From NCBI RefSeq assembly GCF_009914755.1, contig NC_060926.1: a stretch of 64,000 bases of DNA. One strand, written 5' to 3'. Position 1 is the stretch's first letter, and every line of letters begins with the position of its first letter. The notes under the pieces were generated by a model that did no database searches, was not told where the DNA came from, and was given only the letters and a program-made list of their open reading frames with translations. A program made the translations under genes and the position numbers. This document shows, one piece after another, positions 34,560-47,395 of this stretch. Source of the stretch: the human T2T-CHM13v2.0 reference genome, Homo sapiens.

Positions 34560-36951
34560 CTGTAACACCAGTCAAAAAAGTTGACAAAGATAAGGTATTA
34601 AGTATTGACGTTAATACTCTACCTGAAAATAAAAACCATGGAACCTATCTATAGGTTAAAACAGCATACTGATAAAAAACACATATACTTTGATGCAGAG
34701 ATGTACGATAATCATGAATTAGAATTAGCATCCTGATTTAGTGTTCTACCAAAAACCCTAAGTGAACACAGAATCTATTTAAAACCAAAGAAAACAAAAA
34801 AAATCTTGTGTTTACTTAATAGTCATTGAAAAGAATTACTACAAAATTTCTAGAATTTAAAAAGGTTAAAAATTTTAAAGTGTTGCCTAACTATACTTAG
34901 CATACAATAGTTTACCAAAATATCCACGCATTTGCAGCAATTGAAAAAAATCTTAAAACATAAGCAAGTATTAGTATACATATGAAACTAATCCAAAGCC
35001 AACTGTGATTAGTTCCTGTAAGGAAAGTTAACAATTGCCAAGAATGGAAGGTGACTAGAGTTGCATCTAGTTTGCCTGTGTTCAAGCATGATACTAGATA
35101 AAATTAAATAAAAACTGTGACTCTATGGGTAGCTAATACTATAAAATCTAAGACCATTCATATGGCTGAAAACAACCCATCCCCAGCCACCATCAATGCA
35201 AAGGGCAAAAAATTAGAAACAGAAAAAACTTCTATATGCAACCTGTTCTGATCTATTAATGTAAAGAAGAACTTCTGGCTAAAGGAGTTTAATAAAGTAA
35301 GCCAGTTATGAAGCATGCCATGTATACCAACTGGTGACAGGGAAACATTCTGAGAGCTATGGTGTCCAATATGGTAGCCTAGCCACATTCTATTAAAACC
35401 TCACAAGGTGGCTAGTCCAAATCAAGACATGCTAACAGTAAGTGTAAACACACACACTGGATTTTGAAGACTTGGTGAAAAACAATAATGTAAAATATCG
35501 TTAATTTTTATATTAATTAGAAGTTAAAATGATATTTTGGACATAATGAGTTAAATCAAATCTATCAATAAAGTTACTTTCATCTGTTTCCCTTTTTAAC
35601 TGTTTCTTTTTATTCTTTTTAATATGGCTACTAGAAAATTTATTTATTTATGTATTTATTTGAGATGCGGTCTTCCTTTGTCACCTTTGTCACCCAGAGC
35701 TGGAGTGCAGTGATGTGATCATAGTTCACTGAAGCCTGGAACTTGTGGGCTCAAGTGATCCCTCTGCCTCAGCCTCCCAAGTAACTGGGATTATAGGCAC
35801 CAGCCATTGCACCAAATGACAATTTTAAATTACATACACAGGTTATATTTTATTTCTATTGGATGACACTGCTCTGCAGAACCAGTGCCCTTCCTTTTAC
35901 AATGTTAAATCTGTCCCTCTCCTTCATTATAAACAAAAACTTAGTATCATTTCCTAGCTAGGAGAAATAACAGTACACCATAAGATACAGATTCTTGTTC
36001 CACTTCTGCTATTACTCAGTAAAGACCCCTTGGGTAAATCAGATAGCCTCTCTTGGCCTCAGTTTACTCATGTCTAAAGTCTTCATTTCTAAGGTCCCTT
36101 GGGACAATGACATTATCAGATTCAAAACAGAATAAGGCTCTATGTTCTACAGTAGTGTATAGGCACATTCGTTCTTAGCTCAGGGATTCTTAACCTAGAG
36201 CTCACAGAAACTGTACGCAAGTATACATCCACTTTTAAGTTAACACTTTTCACATTTCTCAAAGACCGTATCTTTAAAATAAAAGATTAAGAGCTACCTT
36301 AGCTGGTAATAAAACTGGTATACTTAAAAAAAAATCAGAGATTGTTACTTTATCATTGTACTTGTTTGGCATGGCTAAGATGTGTTACTGGTCACTAAGG
36401 GTGAGATTTCACTTCCCTAACCTGTTCTTGAAGGCCTTCAACAGATCCCACTTCTTGTTCCACTCTAGTAGCCACACTTCTAAAAATGATCTGTGCAACA
36501 TATATAATATGCAAGCTGTAGAATGCTGGCTGTTAAAAATGGGGTCCATTTTCAAATACAACATTTTTCTAAACCATGCACAAAAGAACAGCCCTACAGG
36601 GACACTCTTCCATACTGTATACATGCCGTTGCCACTACATGTGAATACTGGCAGACGTTAGTGGCTAAAGATAAACATTAGATAAAACATAGGTCTTCAT
36701 TGAGCAGACCTGAAATAGCAGAGCAATGAAGTACATTACAAATCAGCATCCCACTACATTTTAAAAAACAAACCAACAAGGGTGTCATGCCACCAGTCAA
36801 AAGGTACTTTGCTTAAACTGGCATTCTTTAACATGCATGTTGTAGTGGTAAGTACTTCATTTCATACAGCCACAGTAATTAATACTTTGCTAAGGGCTAC
36901 CCAGCTGCTAAAAACTGCTGTTATCTCATACTGAGAATGCTAGTTCTATAC

Positions 36952-37029
36952 CTTTGCTCTCAGGCTGTGAGGAAGGGGTGCTAGTCCAAAAGGCCATGGG
37001 ATTAGATTTAAAAAGGCTAAAATTAAATC
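36952..37029 (-). CDS. Candidate 78-nt cassette exon (RANBP2-type alternative exon) GFNFSLFKSNPMAFWTSTPSSQPESK
   Basis: ttttctag|GATTTAAT...AGCAAAG|gtatag; phase 1-1, open in frame with exons 20 and 21. Confidence 0.65.
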
Positions 37030-37920
37030 CTAGAAAATAAAGAATATTTCATTTTTTAACATTTTAGGAAACAAAATGAATATGCTTTTAAAACATAAAA
37101 AGCCAGAATCCCTCAATTTATACCACCAATCTGACTGTCTTACATATTCATTTATCCCTGTAGTTTCATTCTTTGCTCATTTAATACATGAGCAAGACTG
37201 ACATACAACACATAAAATGAGAACATCTCAATATCATGTTTTTTTTTGTTTTTTGTTTTTTGTTTTTTTTGGAGACAAAGTCTCACTCAGTCACTCAGTC
37301 AGGCTGGAGTGCAGTGGCATGATTTCAGCTCACTGCTACCTCCATCTCCTGTGCTCAAGCGATCCTCCTGCCTCAACCTCCTGAGTAGCTGCTAATTATA
37401 GGCACGCACCACCATGCCCGGCTCATTTTTGTATTTTCAGTAGAAACAGGGTTTCACCATGTTGGCCAGGCTGGTCTCGAACTCCTGAGCTCAAGTGATC
37501 TGCCCACCTCAACCTCCCAAAGTGCTGGCATTCTAGGAGTGAGCCACCGTGCCCAGCCTCAATATCATGTTTTCTGAGTGACAAAAGAAACAGAACAAAT
37601 GAAAATGAACACTTTAAAAAAAGACTCACGTTAATGCGCATGATTCAAGCATGAGTCCGTACACTGTACCAAGTTCTTTTGCTCTGCCCTAGCATGATAG
37701 AAGTATCTTCCAGTTACTGAAATGTCTTTAACTAAGTTCTCTTGCTCTTTGAAACCTCACCGTGAACTTATTAAGGGAGAAAAAAAATTGCTCAAATATT
37801 TTGGGGGTGTTCACAAAGCATCGTTTATATCCCAACATTAGTATCCCACAAAGAGTCTGCATCAAGCTAAACATTAAAAGAAAGAAAAATTGTGCTTAAC
37901 TTTAACAACAAAGTACCTAC

Positions 37921-40144
37921 CCTTTTCTGGTGTTTTAAATGTGTAGTTGATTGAAGATTCTTCCGTTGGAAAGGAAGCAGAGAGATTTTTGACTTTGCTA
38001 TCTGAAGACTGTTCGATATCAGAGTTCTTTGACAGTTCACATTTTTTAGGTTCCACTTTGCTTTCAGATCCACTCTGGGCTACTGAACTAGTTTCACTAT
38101 TGTTACTTTTCAAAGGTGCATTAAAACTAAATCCAAACAAAGACCCAGTGGCAGAACTGTTGCCAAATACAAATGGTTTTGATTTTTCACTACTAAAAAT
38201 TCTTTTAACAGACTCTGAAACAAATACAAACTTTGGAGGAGAAACCACTGCTTTTGTTGTTGTTTCAGATGTGCTAGACACTTCAACTTCTGAAGCTGCA
38301 TCTGCTACATCATCACCCTGAATAACATCTGTCCTCTCTCTTGTGGTTTCTTCTAATATAGCTACAGCAATTTTGCCACATGGTGACTCTCTGGGAGTGC
38401 TTGACCGAGAAACATGAGGTGTTATCAAAGAATCTTTTTCCTGGGCTGTTTTTGCTTCATCAAAAATTTTCTTAAACGAGTCTGCAACATCCTGTAGTTT
38501 AAAACGAACAGCTAAATGCTCTACTTTTCTTTCTCCATCTGCAAAATCACATGCAGTCCACACCCATACTCTTTCTGTCCCTTTCATATTTTGCAAACTC
38601 ATGTCTGGAGTTATTCTGTGATTGGCACAAAGTTTTAATACTTGGTCCCTTCTCATCACTATACGAACTTGCTTATTATCATAATTCTGTAAAATCTTTA
38701 TATCACCAATGCCCCTTTCTTTCCATTGACCAACATCTTTATCATATCTGTAGATTTCTGCCCTGTGACTAAAAACAACTTGTTCATTTTCCTCACCACT
38801 GGATACTTCAACTAGATCAGGTAAAGGAACAACAGGTTCAAAGTACTGTCCATCTCTCTCTTCTTCTTGAGTAACAACAGATTCTTCATCAGTGCCAACT
38901 GAAGTCCCACTCTGATTCAACTTGGCAGGAGACTTAGATAGACTCAAAGCAGATTTAAAACTGAAGTTAGATCCTGTTGTTGACTCATCAAAGCGGAAAA
39001 GATTTTTTCTCACAGGGCTACTTGCCAATGGAGAAGCATGTACTGAGCTACTACTGACACTATCATCCAAAGCATCTTCCCTTAAGTCATAGTTATCCCA
39101 TTCTAATGTGGGCCCAGTGTTTTCAGCATTGGGTTTTATTGTTGTGTCTGAGGCACCGGCCGCACCTGTACCTGAACCCTTATTTTCTTCCTCAGTGACT
39201 TTTGTTTGATCATTTGTCAAAAATGTTTTGAAATCTTTCAGTCCACTCTTCATTTCTTCAGCTCTCTGTATTAACTTGGCAGCTCTGCCAGTATCTACAA
39301 GTTTATGGGGAGTTTGAAGTGGTATGTCTAACAGAAGCCGCTGGCATTCCTCAAATTTCTGCTTGAATTCTTCAGCCAGCTCTGGTGTTTTAAATTTTGC
39401 TGCCAACCGCTCTAGTTTGGCATCACCGTCAGAGAAATCACTGGCTGACCACATCCATGCTCTATCTGATCCAGAGAGGGGCTTCAGGTTCATTGTAGTC
39501 GTTATCCAATGATTAGCACACACTTTTAGTACTTGTTCTCTTCGCATCAGCATTCTTAGTTTGCCATTGACCTCGTTTTTGAGAATTTTTAAGTTCCCCA
39601 AGCCCCTTTCTTTCCACTGCCTTACCTCAGCATCAAATCTAAATAGTTTTACCCCCTGTGAATACAGAACTTTTTCACCTTCTTCTCCTGTTACAAGTTC
39701 TACTTTTTCAGGCATTTGAACTACTGGTTCAAAATGGATGTCATCGCTGTCCTCAGTCTTATAGGCATCATCATCTTTCTCAAAGTCACCGGAAGTGTTT
39801 GCTTTATTGGCCATTTTACCGTATCGTGATGAGAATAATTTTTCTCCAGCACCTGAAAATCCCTTGAAATTGAGGTCTTTTTTGCCAAACTGAAATCCTT
39901 CTCCTGAAGTTGATTTTGCAACATCTGCAAATGTAAAAGTGCTACTTGTTTGGCCAAAAATCACACCACGGCCCTTCTTCCGGCCACTAATATCCTGAGC
40001 CTGGAAGCCAGTATCATTTTCAAGAGGCTTTTCCCTTTTCTTTTCTTGATTTCCTGGTTCCGAAATGCCAAATTTAAATCCATCAGCAGACACAGGGATG
40101 GAAAATCCTTCTTTGGTTGACTTAAATTCTGTATTAGAAGAACC
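37921..40144 (-). CDS. RGPD6: RGPD exon 20 (5'-shortened RANBP2 giant exon): FG motifs and two Ran-binding domains (about 39330-39740 and 38440-38850)
   Basis: 768-aa ORF 37874..40180; WKERG and CANH motifs occur twice; tttcag|GGTTCT...GAAAAGG|gtaggt; 2224 nt. Confidence 0.96.
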
Positions 40145-40249
40145 CTGAAACATAAATGAAGGTGAATTTTCTTGATCCACATGCCCAAAATAGTCATGAA
40201 ATAAATACCTTCTTCATTCCTAAACAATTTATCAAATGATGTTAACAAT

Positions 40250-40270
40250 AATGATGATGATGATGATGAT
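40250..40270 (+). repeat. (GAT)n short tandem repeat
   Basis: atgatgatgatgatgatgat. Confidence 0.85.
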
Positions 40271-40500
40271 AACATTTATTGAGCATTCATTAATGTGCCA
40301 GCTGGGCACTGTTCTAAGCACTTTACATTATTATCTCATTTTAATATCCTCAAAAACCCTATGAATTAAGGTATTATTATTATCCTCATTTTACATATGA
40401 GGCAACTGATGCATTGAGAGGTTAAGAAACTTGCCTGTGGTCAAAATAAGCAGAAGAGCAAGGGTCTAAATGCACCCCAACACTCTGTCCTCAAAGCTGT
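40268..40500. mobile_element. MIR
   Basis: aacatttattgagc...tgtgccag...attatcctcattttacatatgaggcaactga...gaggttaag core. Confidence 0.75.
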
Positions 40501-40871
40501 CACATTCAACTACCACTGTAATATTGAGTCTTCAATCAATTGTTATATATATAGCTGTATCAGGCCTGAAAGTACTTACCACATAGTGGGTCAGCAAGGG
40601 CATTACAGTTCTATTTCTGTTAAAACAGAACGATGAAGGATCCACCACCACCACTCCCATTTTTAAAATATTCTAAATATTCACACTTACTAACACAAAA
40701 ATAAGGTGACTAAGAAGGATAATTTCTGTATTTGGAGATAAATTTAAAATATCTACATTTTAAGGGACATAAAAGTTTTAATAGTGAACTGCTCTCTTGA
40801 ATTTATTTGAAGGAACCCTAAACAATTTAAAAAGAAAATAATTATAAATGTATAAATTATTCCTTTGTTAC

Positions 40872-40966
40872 CTTTGTGGGAGTAACATTAGCTGCTGGTC
40901 TGAGAAGATACTGGGAATTATATGCTGGTGACTGACTATAATATACTGAAGGGCCAGTAGTTGCAA
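40872..40966 (-). CDS. RGPD6: RGPD exon 19, VATTGPSVYYSQSPAYNSQYLLRPAANVTPTK
   Basis: ttcag|TTGCAAC...ACAAAG|gtaaca; 95 nt. Confidence 0.93.
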
Positions 40967-41180
40967 CTGAAAAAAAAAAAAGAAAAGAAAACACTGTTAA
41001 AGTCTATACTACAGTTAAGACTATCTAGGCAAGAGCTATAAATACAAAAGCAATAGAAGTTAAAGAAAGATTTAACTACATAAATTTTAAATTTCTGTAC
41101 ATCAAAATACACCAATCAAGATTATCAAATGACAAACTAGAAAAAAATTGCTAAATATGACATGAAGAATGAGAGAATAG

Positions 41181-41952
41181 CATCGCTGTGATCAACAAGA
41201 ACTACCTCGCAAGCATTAAAAAAGGAATAAAGAAGATAGTAACTGTTGCCTTTTCTAAGAAAGATCAGTATGATGTGGAATTATGGACATTCAGTCACAG
41301 AAAGGACGTAAGGAACCAAGATGCCATCTGATAGTCAATGCATTTGAAGTGGGCCTAGAAAATCTGCAGAAAGACTAGGTTGTATTTTGTAAACTAAAGC
41401 TATTACTCAGAATGTTCAGCTCAAAAATCACCTGACAAATTCATGGAAAGGATGTCATAAATAACATAAAATGTGTTCCCTGGCTTAAAATAAAAAGCAC
41501 ATCAACACTCATACAGATGTACAAACTGTCTGCTCCCTCTGTTTGGTCTGTTTTACCAGGAAACAAAATGACTAGAAGGCACCCATGTTAATGACAAAAC
41601 TACCAATAGTCATTTGCTTGAACTGTTTTATGATAGTTTTACCAGAAAACAACCAAAAGACCTTTTATGCCTGTACATGGAAGGAGAAACAGAAACTGTG
41701 CCAAGAGGTTCCAAACAATTGCCTCTGGAAAGCACTGAAAAATCAAGACCTAGAAAAGGCTAGCCAGAAGCCCAAGTTTGATTTCGGAAACCTTACAGAG
41801 GTGAGGATAGCTATTTTGAAATTACTATGGGGAGGAAGCAGGCACAGAACACAGAACAACCTGACAGAAATGGCCCAAGAATCTTAAAGTCTTGCAAGAT
41901 GTCTGTCTGCATGAAAGCAAAAAGAAAAAATAAAATATTAAATAAAAAAAAA
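41181..41952 (+). pseudogene. Highly decayed RPS3A processed pseudogene, copy 1
   Basis: ttttctaagaaagatcagtatgatgtg (FSKKDWYDV-like), aaggaaccaag...catctgat, KPKFDFG and terminal QES in ORF 41585..41887, AATAAA and A-rich tail near 41930-41950; intronless. Confidence 0.75.
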
Positions 41953-42959
41953 TCTTAGTCTGAAGTTTAAGTAGGGACTTTAATTGACTACTGACTCTAA
42001 ACTGTGCGGCTCTAATAAATCTACTAAAAGTAATCTAATTTTTTAAAGCACCATATGAATAGACAATTTAGGAAAGAAATGTTAATAGGCCTCAAGGAAC
42101 ATGTTTTTGAAGTGAGCCTTGAAAATCTGCAAAATGACGAGGTTGCATTGTGCAAATTGAAGCTATTATGAGAATGTTCAGGTCAAAAAAATTACCTGAC
42201 AAATTCACGCACAGGATCTCACAAGGAACACAAATGTGTTCGTTGGCTTTAAAAAAATCACATTAACATTCATGTTGATATACAAAAACTCTTCTCCATC
42301 TGTTTTGTGTGAGTTTTACCAAGAAACCAAACAACTGGAAGGTACGTTGAAGATGGCAAAACTACCAACTGCCATTTGCATGAATTGTTGAGCATGACTA
42401 GTATTAAAAAAACTTAAAAATTGATATCACTTTTGTTCCTACAAATTGGCAAAGGATTTTATAAACTAGTAAGTCAGCATTAGCAAAAGTGCGAAAATGG
42501 CACTATCAGATACTAGCGGTAAGAGCATAAACTGAATATTTTGAATACCCTACAAAACTAGGACAGTGTCCTAGAATTTGTAATGGCATAAACCAGAAAC
42601 AACATAAATAAAGGAACAGAATTTACAGTACTTCCATGTGATGGGATACCATGAACTCATTAATATTCAAAAAACATTTAAGTTTAAAAATGCTCAGAAC
42701 TAAAGTAACATTTTAAAAACAGGCTAGCTCATCTACACACAACATAGTAACATGGTAACAATCTCATAAAAAATACTATATGTATAGAGAAAGAACCAGA
42801 AGGAAATGCTCTCAAATATAAGAAATGTTAATGAGGTGGTTAGCTTTTAGTTTTCTTCACCCTGTTCAGTACTTCTGAGTATCTCCTATGAGCTCATTAA
42901 TCTTTAATTTTAATCATCTTATTTTAAAAAAACAAGGACCATCTTGATATATGTTTACT

Positions 42960-42965
42960 TTTATT
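42960..42965 (-). terminator. Intronic polyadenylation signal AATAAA for the alternative last exon
   Basis: tttatt on + strand, about 35 nt past the in-frame stop at 43000. Confidence 0.55.
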
Positions 42966-42999
42966 AAGGAAAAAGAATCTATGAACACAGGAACAGAAA

Positions 43000-43112
43000 T
43001 CAGGAGATCTTGGCTCTCGCCCTTTCAGTGCCACAAAGCTGTTTTGTGAACCTGTAAATAATCCATTTGGAGTCTCCATGTTTCTCAATTGTAAAATGAC
43101 GATGTGCTGCTT
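43000..43112 (-). CDS. RGPD6: Alternative terminal exon (MIR-derived) after exon 18: EAAHRHFTIEKHGDSKWIIYRFTKQLCGTERARAKIS*
   Basis: tgtgtag|AAGCAG acceptor in phase with exon 18; stop at 43000-43002; AATAAA on minus strand at 42960-42965; matches my recollection of the C-terminus of a short RGPD5-type isoform. Confidence 0.7.
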
Positions 43113-43170
43113 CTACACATTTCACAGGGTCATTGCAAGAATAAAATGAGACAATGAGAATGTTGGATTT
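43020..43170. mobile_element. MIR-like fragment hosting the alternative last exon
   Basis: gtttctcaattgtaaaatg...tcacagggtcattgcaagaataaaatgagacaatg resembles the MIR core. Confidence 0.55.
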
Positions 43171-44510
43171 ACATGCTTGTATAAGAACAGAAGACCTTTT
43201 ATGCCTGTACACAGAAGAAATGGAAATCATGACCCACAAGGCACCAAATAACTGACTGCACACATCACTAAAAAAGCCCCAGGAAAGGCTAGCCGGTTTG
43301 TTTATCCTCTTACAAGGACCTATATGATGTGTAAGGTTTTAAGAAAACAAGGTTTGAACGTTAGACATTTCATATACTTATCTATGACTTACGACATTTA
43401 ATAAGCTTGACTTCACAAAGATTTTCTGTTATTTTGCTTGTGTTGAGAAGATACTATCACAAAAGGCTAGTGGGGTTGCCTTAACTATAGGAACCATCAC
43501 ACAAATGTGCTCATCTAAACTAGATTTTTTTCTAAATCTTTCCTGGGCTAAAAAGAGAAAAAAAAAAAGGGCACTACTACTACCATTTCAGAAGTCTGTC
43601 GTACGTAAAAGGAACAATTTTGTTATTTCTGGCTGCCTGGGAGCAATGTATTATACTGGCAAGTGCTTTGGAGTTACACCACTGGAGTGTGAATCTCGGC
43701 TCTATCAATAACTAGCTGTATAATAATGAGTAAGTTACCTAACCTTTCTTTATCCATTTCCTTATTTATAAAAAAGGGATTAATAATGGTACCGGCCATT
43801 CTAAGTTACTGTAATTAAATCAAATTACATTCACACAGCACTTTTGCACACAGCCAACCCACAGTAAACACTATTAGTAACCTTAGTTCATTAACTGTTT
43901 ACTGTATACTCTAATAAATGTCTGATACACACCCACGCCCACCTGCACATACACAAATGCTCATAGTAATTATGTAAGGCAAGTATTATCTCCACATTTC
44001 AGACAGGTTAACTTACACAGCTATTATAGTAAGTGATAGAGCAGAACTTAAAAACCCAGTATGATTCAGGTCCAAACTCCTTTTCTTTCTTTATATAACC
44101 ATAATATTTCAAATTAAGTAAGATTTCCTATATAACGTCCTGCCTCTCATCATTATCATCAAAATAATTCCCCAGAGGTGTAGGTTCTTAATTAAGCATT
44201 TCTTAGTGCATAACTCTATTCAATAACATTTTGCAATTTAAGGAATAATCTCATCTCAGCTCATCTGAGGTGTGGATTAAGTGTTCTTTAAGCCTTTATA
44301 TACACGTGATCACATACGGCTCGTTTTTTCTGCTTGGGATTATAAAAATCTCCGTAACACCTAATACAGCTTTTGAAGTCACATATAAACAGACGTTGAC
44401 ATGTATATTAACAAACATATATAAACAAGGTGATTTCACACGTTATCTACTTAAAAGAGGGAAGTAAAGTAGTTTTACTAAAATATGCGATTATCCACTT
44501 GCCAGCTCAC

Positions 44511-44646
44511 CTGTTAGTGGAGCCCCATGAAATGTCTGTGACCCCTGATATCCATCAGGCACCGAGTCTGGTCCATAATTCTCTGTGGGCCAACGATGAC
44601 GGGATGCTGACTTACTGCTATTTAGTTTCAACTCCTGCATTTCTTT
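44511..44646 (-). CDS. RGPD6: RGPD exon 18, KEMQELKLNSSKSASRHRWPTENYG...GAPLT
   Basis: aatag|AAAGAAATG...CTAACAG|gtgagc; 136 nt. Confidence 0.92.
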
Positions 44647-44738
44647 CTATTGGAAGAAAAAAAAAATCAAATAATTTTAATCATTTAATTATATCATGCC
44701 AGAAACAGTGCTGGGGAAACTTACTCTTTTAAATTTAA

Positions 44739-45023
<285 letters not shown>

Positions 45024-46960
45024 TAGGTGTGACCCACCACGCCCGGACCTGATTATATCTTTTGAAAGTTTCTATTTGCCAAAGAGTTCTAGGTACCTGG
45101 TGCTGATTTTAAAATATGATTCTTAATTTGTTAAAAATTTATCTGCTCCCATTTTCATTCGTTAATACAAAACCTAATTCATTAACTCTCTCACCTAAAC
45201 AAATAACCTCCTAAATGATCACACCTTCATTTCCATTCTACACTTGCCTACATTAACCTTTCTGACGTTCACCTCCAGCCAAGACAATTCCCTGCTCAAA
45301 AAAACAAGTACCTACAAACTAAACTTCTTTCCCCAACTTTCACAGTCCTCTAACATTACACTGACCATCCTTTCAGTGTGTTCTTTCTACACTGCAACCT
45401 GGACTACCTGACATTCCAAATCACCTCCCCAAATTAGCTTTTCACTTAACCCTGTGTTCAAACAAAATACAACTAATTCTCAAGGTGATGTTCAAATGCT
45501 CCACCAGGAAAGGGAAAAAAGTAGTAGCTGCAGAGAATTTATTATGTATATAATAATACGTCCAATGCACTTAAACTCTTAATTTTTACACCATCTACAC
45601 TGTTAGGTAAACAATATTAGCTCCTATCTTAAAATGAGAGAAACGGATGCAGGGAATAACAGCTGGAATTTGAAACACATCTGACTCCAAAAATGTTTTC
45701 TTAACACAACTCTGCTGCCTTGACAAGATGGCAGATAGATCCAATGCCGTCTAGTGTAGCTATGTGGCTACTTGATCTCTGCTGAAGAAAACTAAATGAC
45801 AGCACCATACCCAACACCCTAGAACCTACAAAATGTCCCCTTACAAAACAGACACTTAACAGGAAATTCTTTTTCCAAAGAAATTGTAGTGGTATCAGAA
45901 AACAGGTAAATTTTGAAAAGTTTCAAACTTCTCTGTATCAGCCCAGGAATCCGATCAGTTCTAACAAGTGAGGTCAGGGACAGATCTAGCATGTCTGCTT
46001 TCTGTTTCTACAAGTGTTTCAATTAAAAATTTCCCAGAAAGACCTAACCATGAGGTCCAAAACTATCTCAATTTTCAAGCTAAATAAAATTTCCCCCATT
46101 CATCCATCTACAGTGCCTAGTCCAGATGCTACACATACACATCCAAGAAATAAGAAACTAGTGGAATCACCTAGAAAACTTTATAGTCACTGTTGGTATC
46201 CGCACCAGAGCTTTGAATTTGCAATCACTGCTGTAACTGTAATTTTTAACATTCAGTGTGATGAGAACTGGCTTCAATAATTCTCTCATTTTAAAGATAA
46301 GAAGCCAAACAGTCACAAAGGAAGTGACTGGCCCAAGATCATTAATTAATGGCAGAGTCAGTACTAGTACCAAGCTTTTCAAGCTCATGGACTAGTGCTC
46401 CACTATACTTCCACAGAATACAATGTTGGGAGCCTGAAACCTGTATGTTAAGTCAAAATTGTATGTAATTGTCATAGGCCACGACTACACAGAATTAACA
46501 TTCAAAATTTTTGTGCAAATTCAAAAATGTCTTCCCCACCAAATAGTATTCTCTTAATTTGCAAATGCTGCTGATCACACTGTAATAATCGCCACACATC
46601 AGCATATCCTTGATGTAACTTTAGCAGTATGAGTAATTTAGTTCTTGCTTGATAAACATGAAAGAACCTACTTTTATTTCCAATTCCAAAAAAGTCAAGC
46701 TCCTTTGAACCCTATTGTTAAAATAAGATATATATACATAACTATTTCCTTACATAATTAAGTCAAATTCATATGGAAGTATTAAAATATAGTAAGACTT
46801 TTTGAAGCTCAGACCACTTTTCGATTCCTAGCTATACATTTGAAACACATGTAATCCACAGCTAATCTGGGAATGAACTCATAGACCAGAGTATGATTAG
46901 TACATTGTAGCACTTCAATCACTCGGGAACCTTCTCTGTGTCAGGAACTCTTATATTTTA

Positions 46961-47395
<435 letters not shown>

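Larger units (their letters stand above)
42085..43280 (+). pseudogene. Decayed RPS3A retrocopy, copy 2, split into about 42085-42390 and about 43185-43280
   Basis: GLKEHVFEVSLENLQNDEVA versus RPS3A [20 protein letters not shown]; later gaagaaatggaaatcatgaccc (MEIMT). Confidence 0.7.

Noticed and set aside
37947-39867. Plus-strand ORFs overlapping exon 20
   Set aside because: Shadow frames of the real minus-strand coding exon
40145-40180. ORF-track start MDQENS for the 768-aa ORF
   Set aside because: The codon is GTG in what is now intron; the ORF is an internal exon entered at 40144 and left at 37921
40511-40522. Strong donor-like GTG|GTAAGTA on the minus strand in intron 19
   Set aside because: I could not identify a convincing partner acceptor or coding frame
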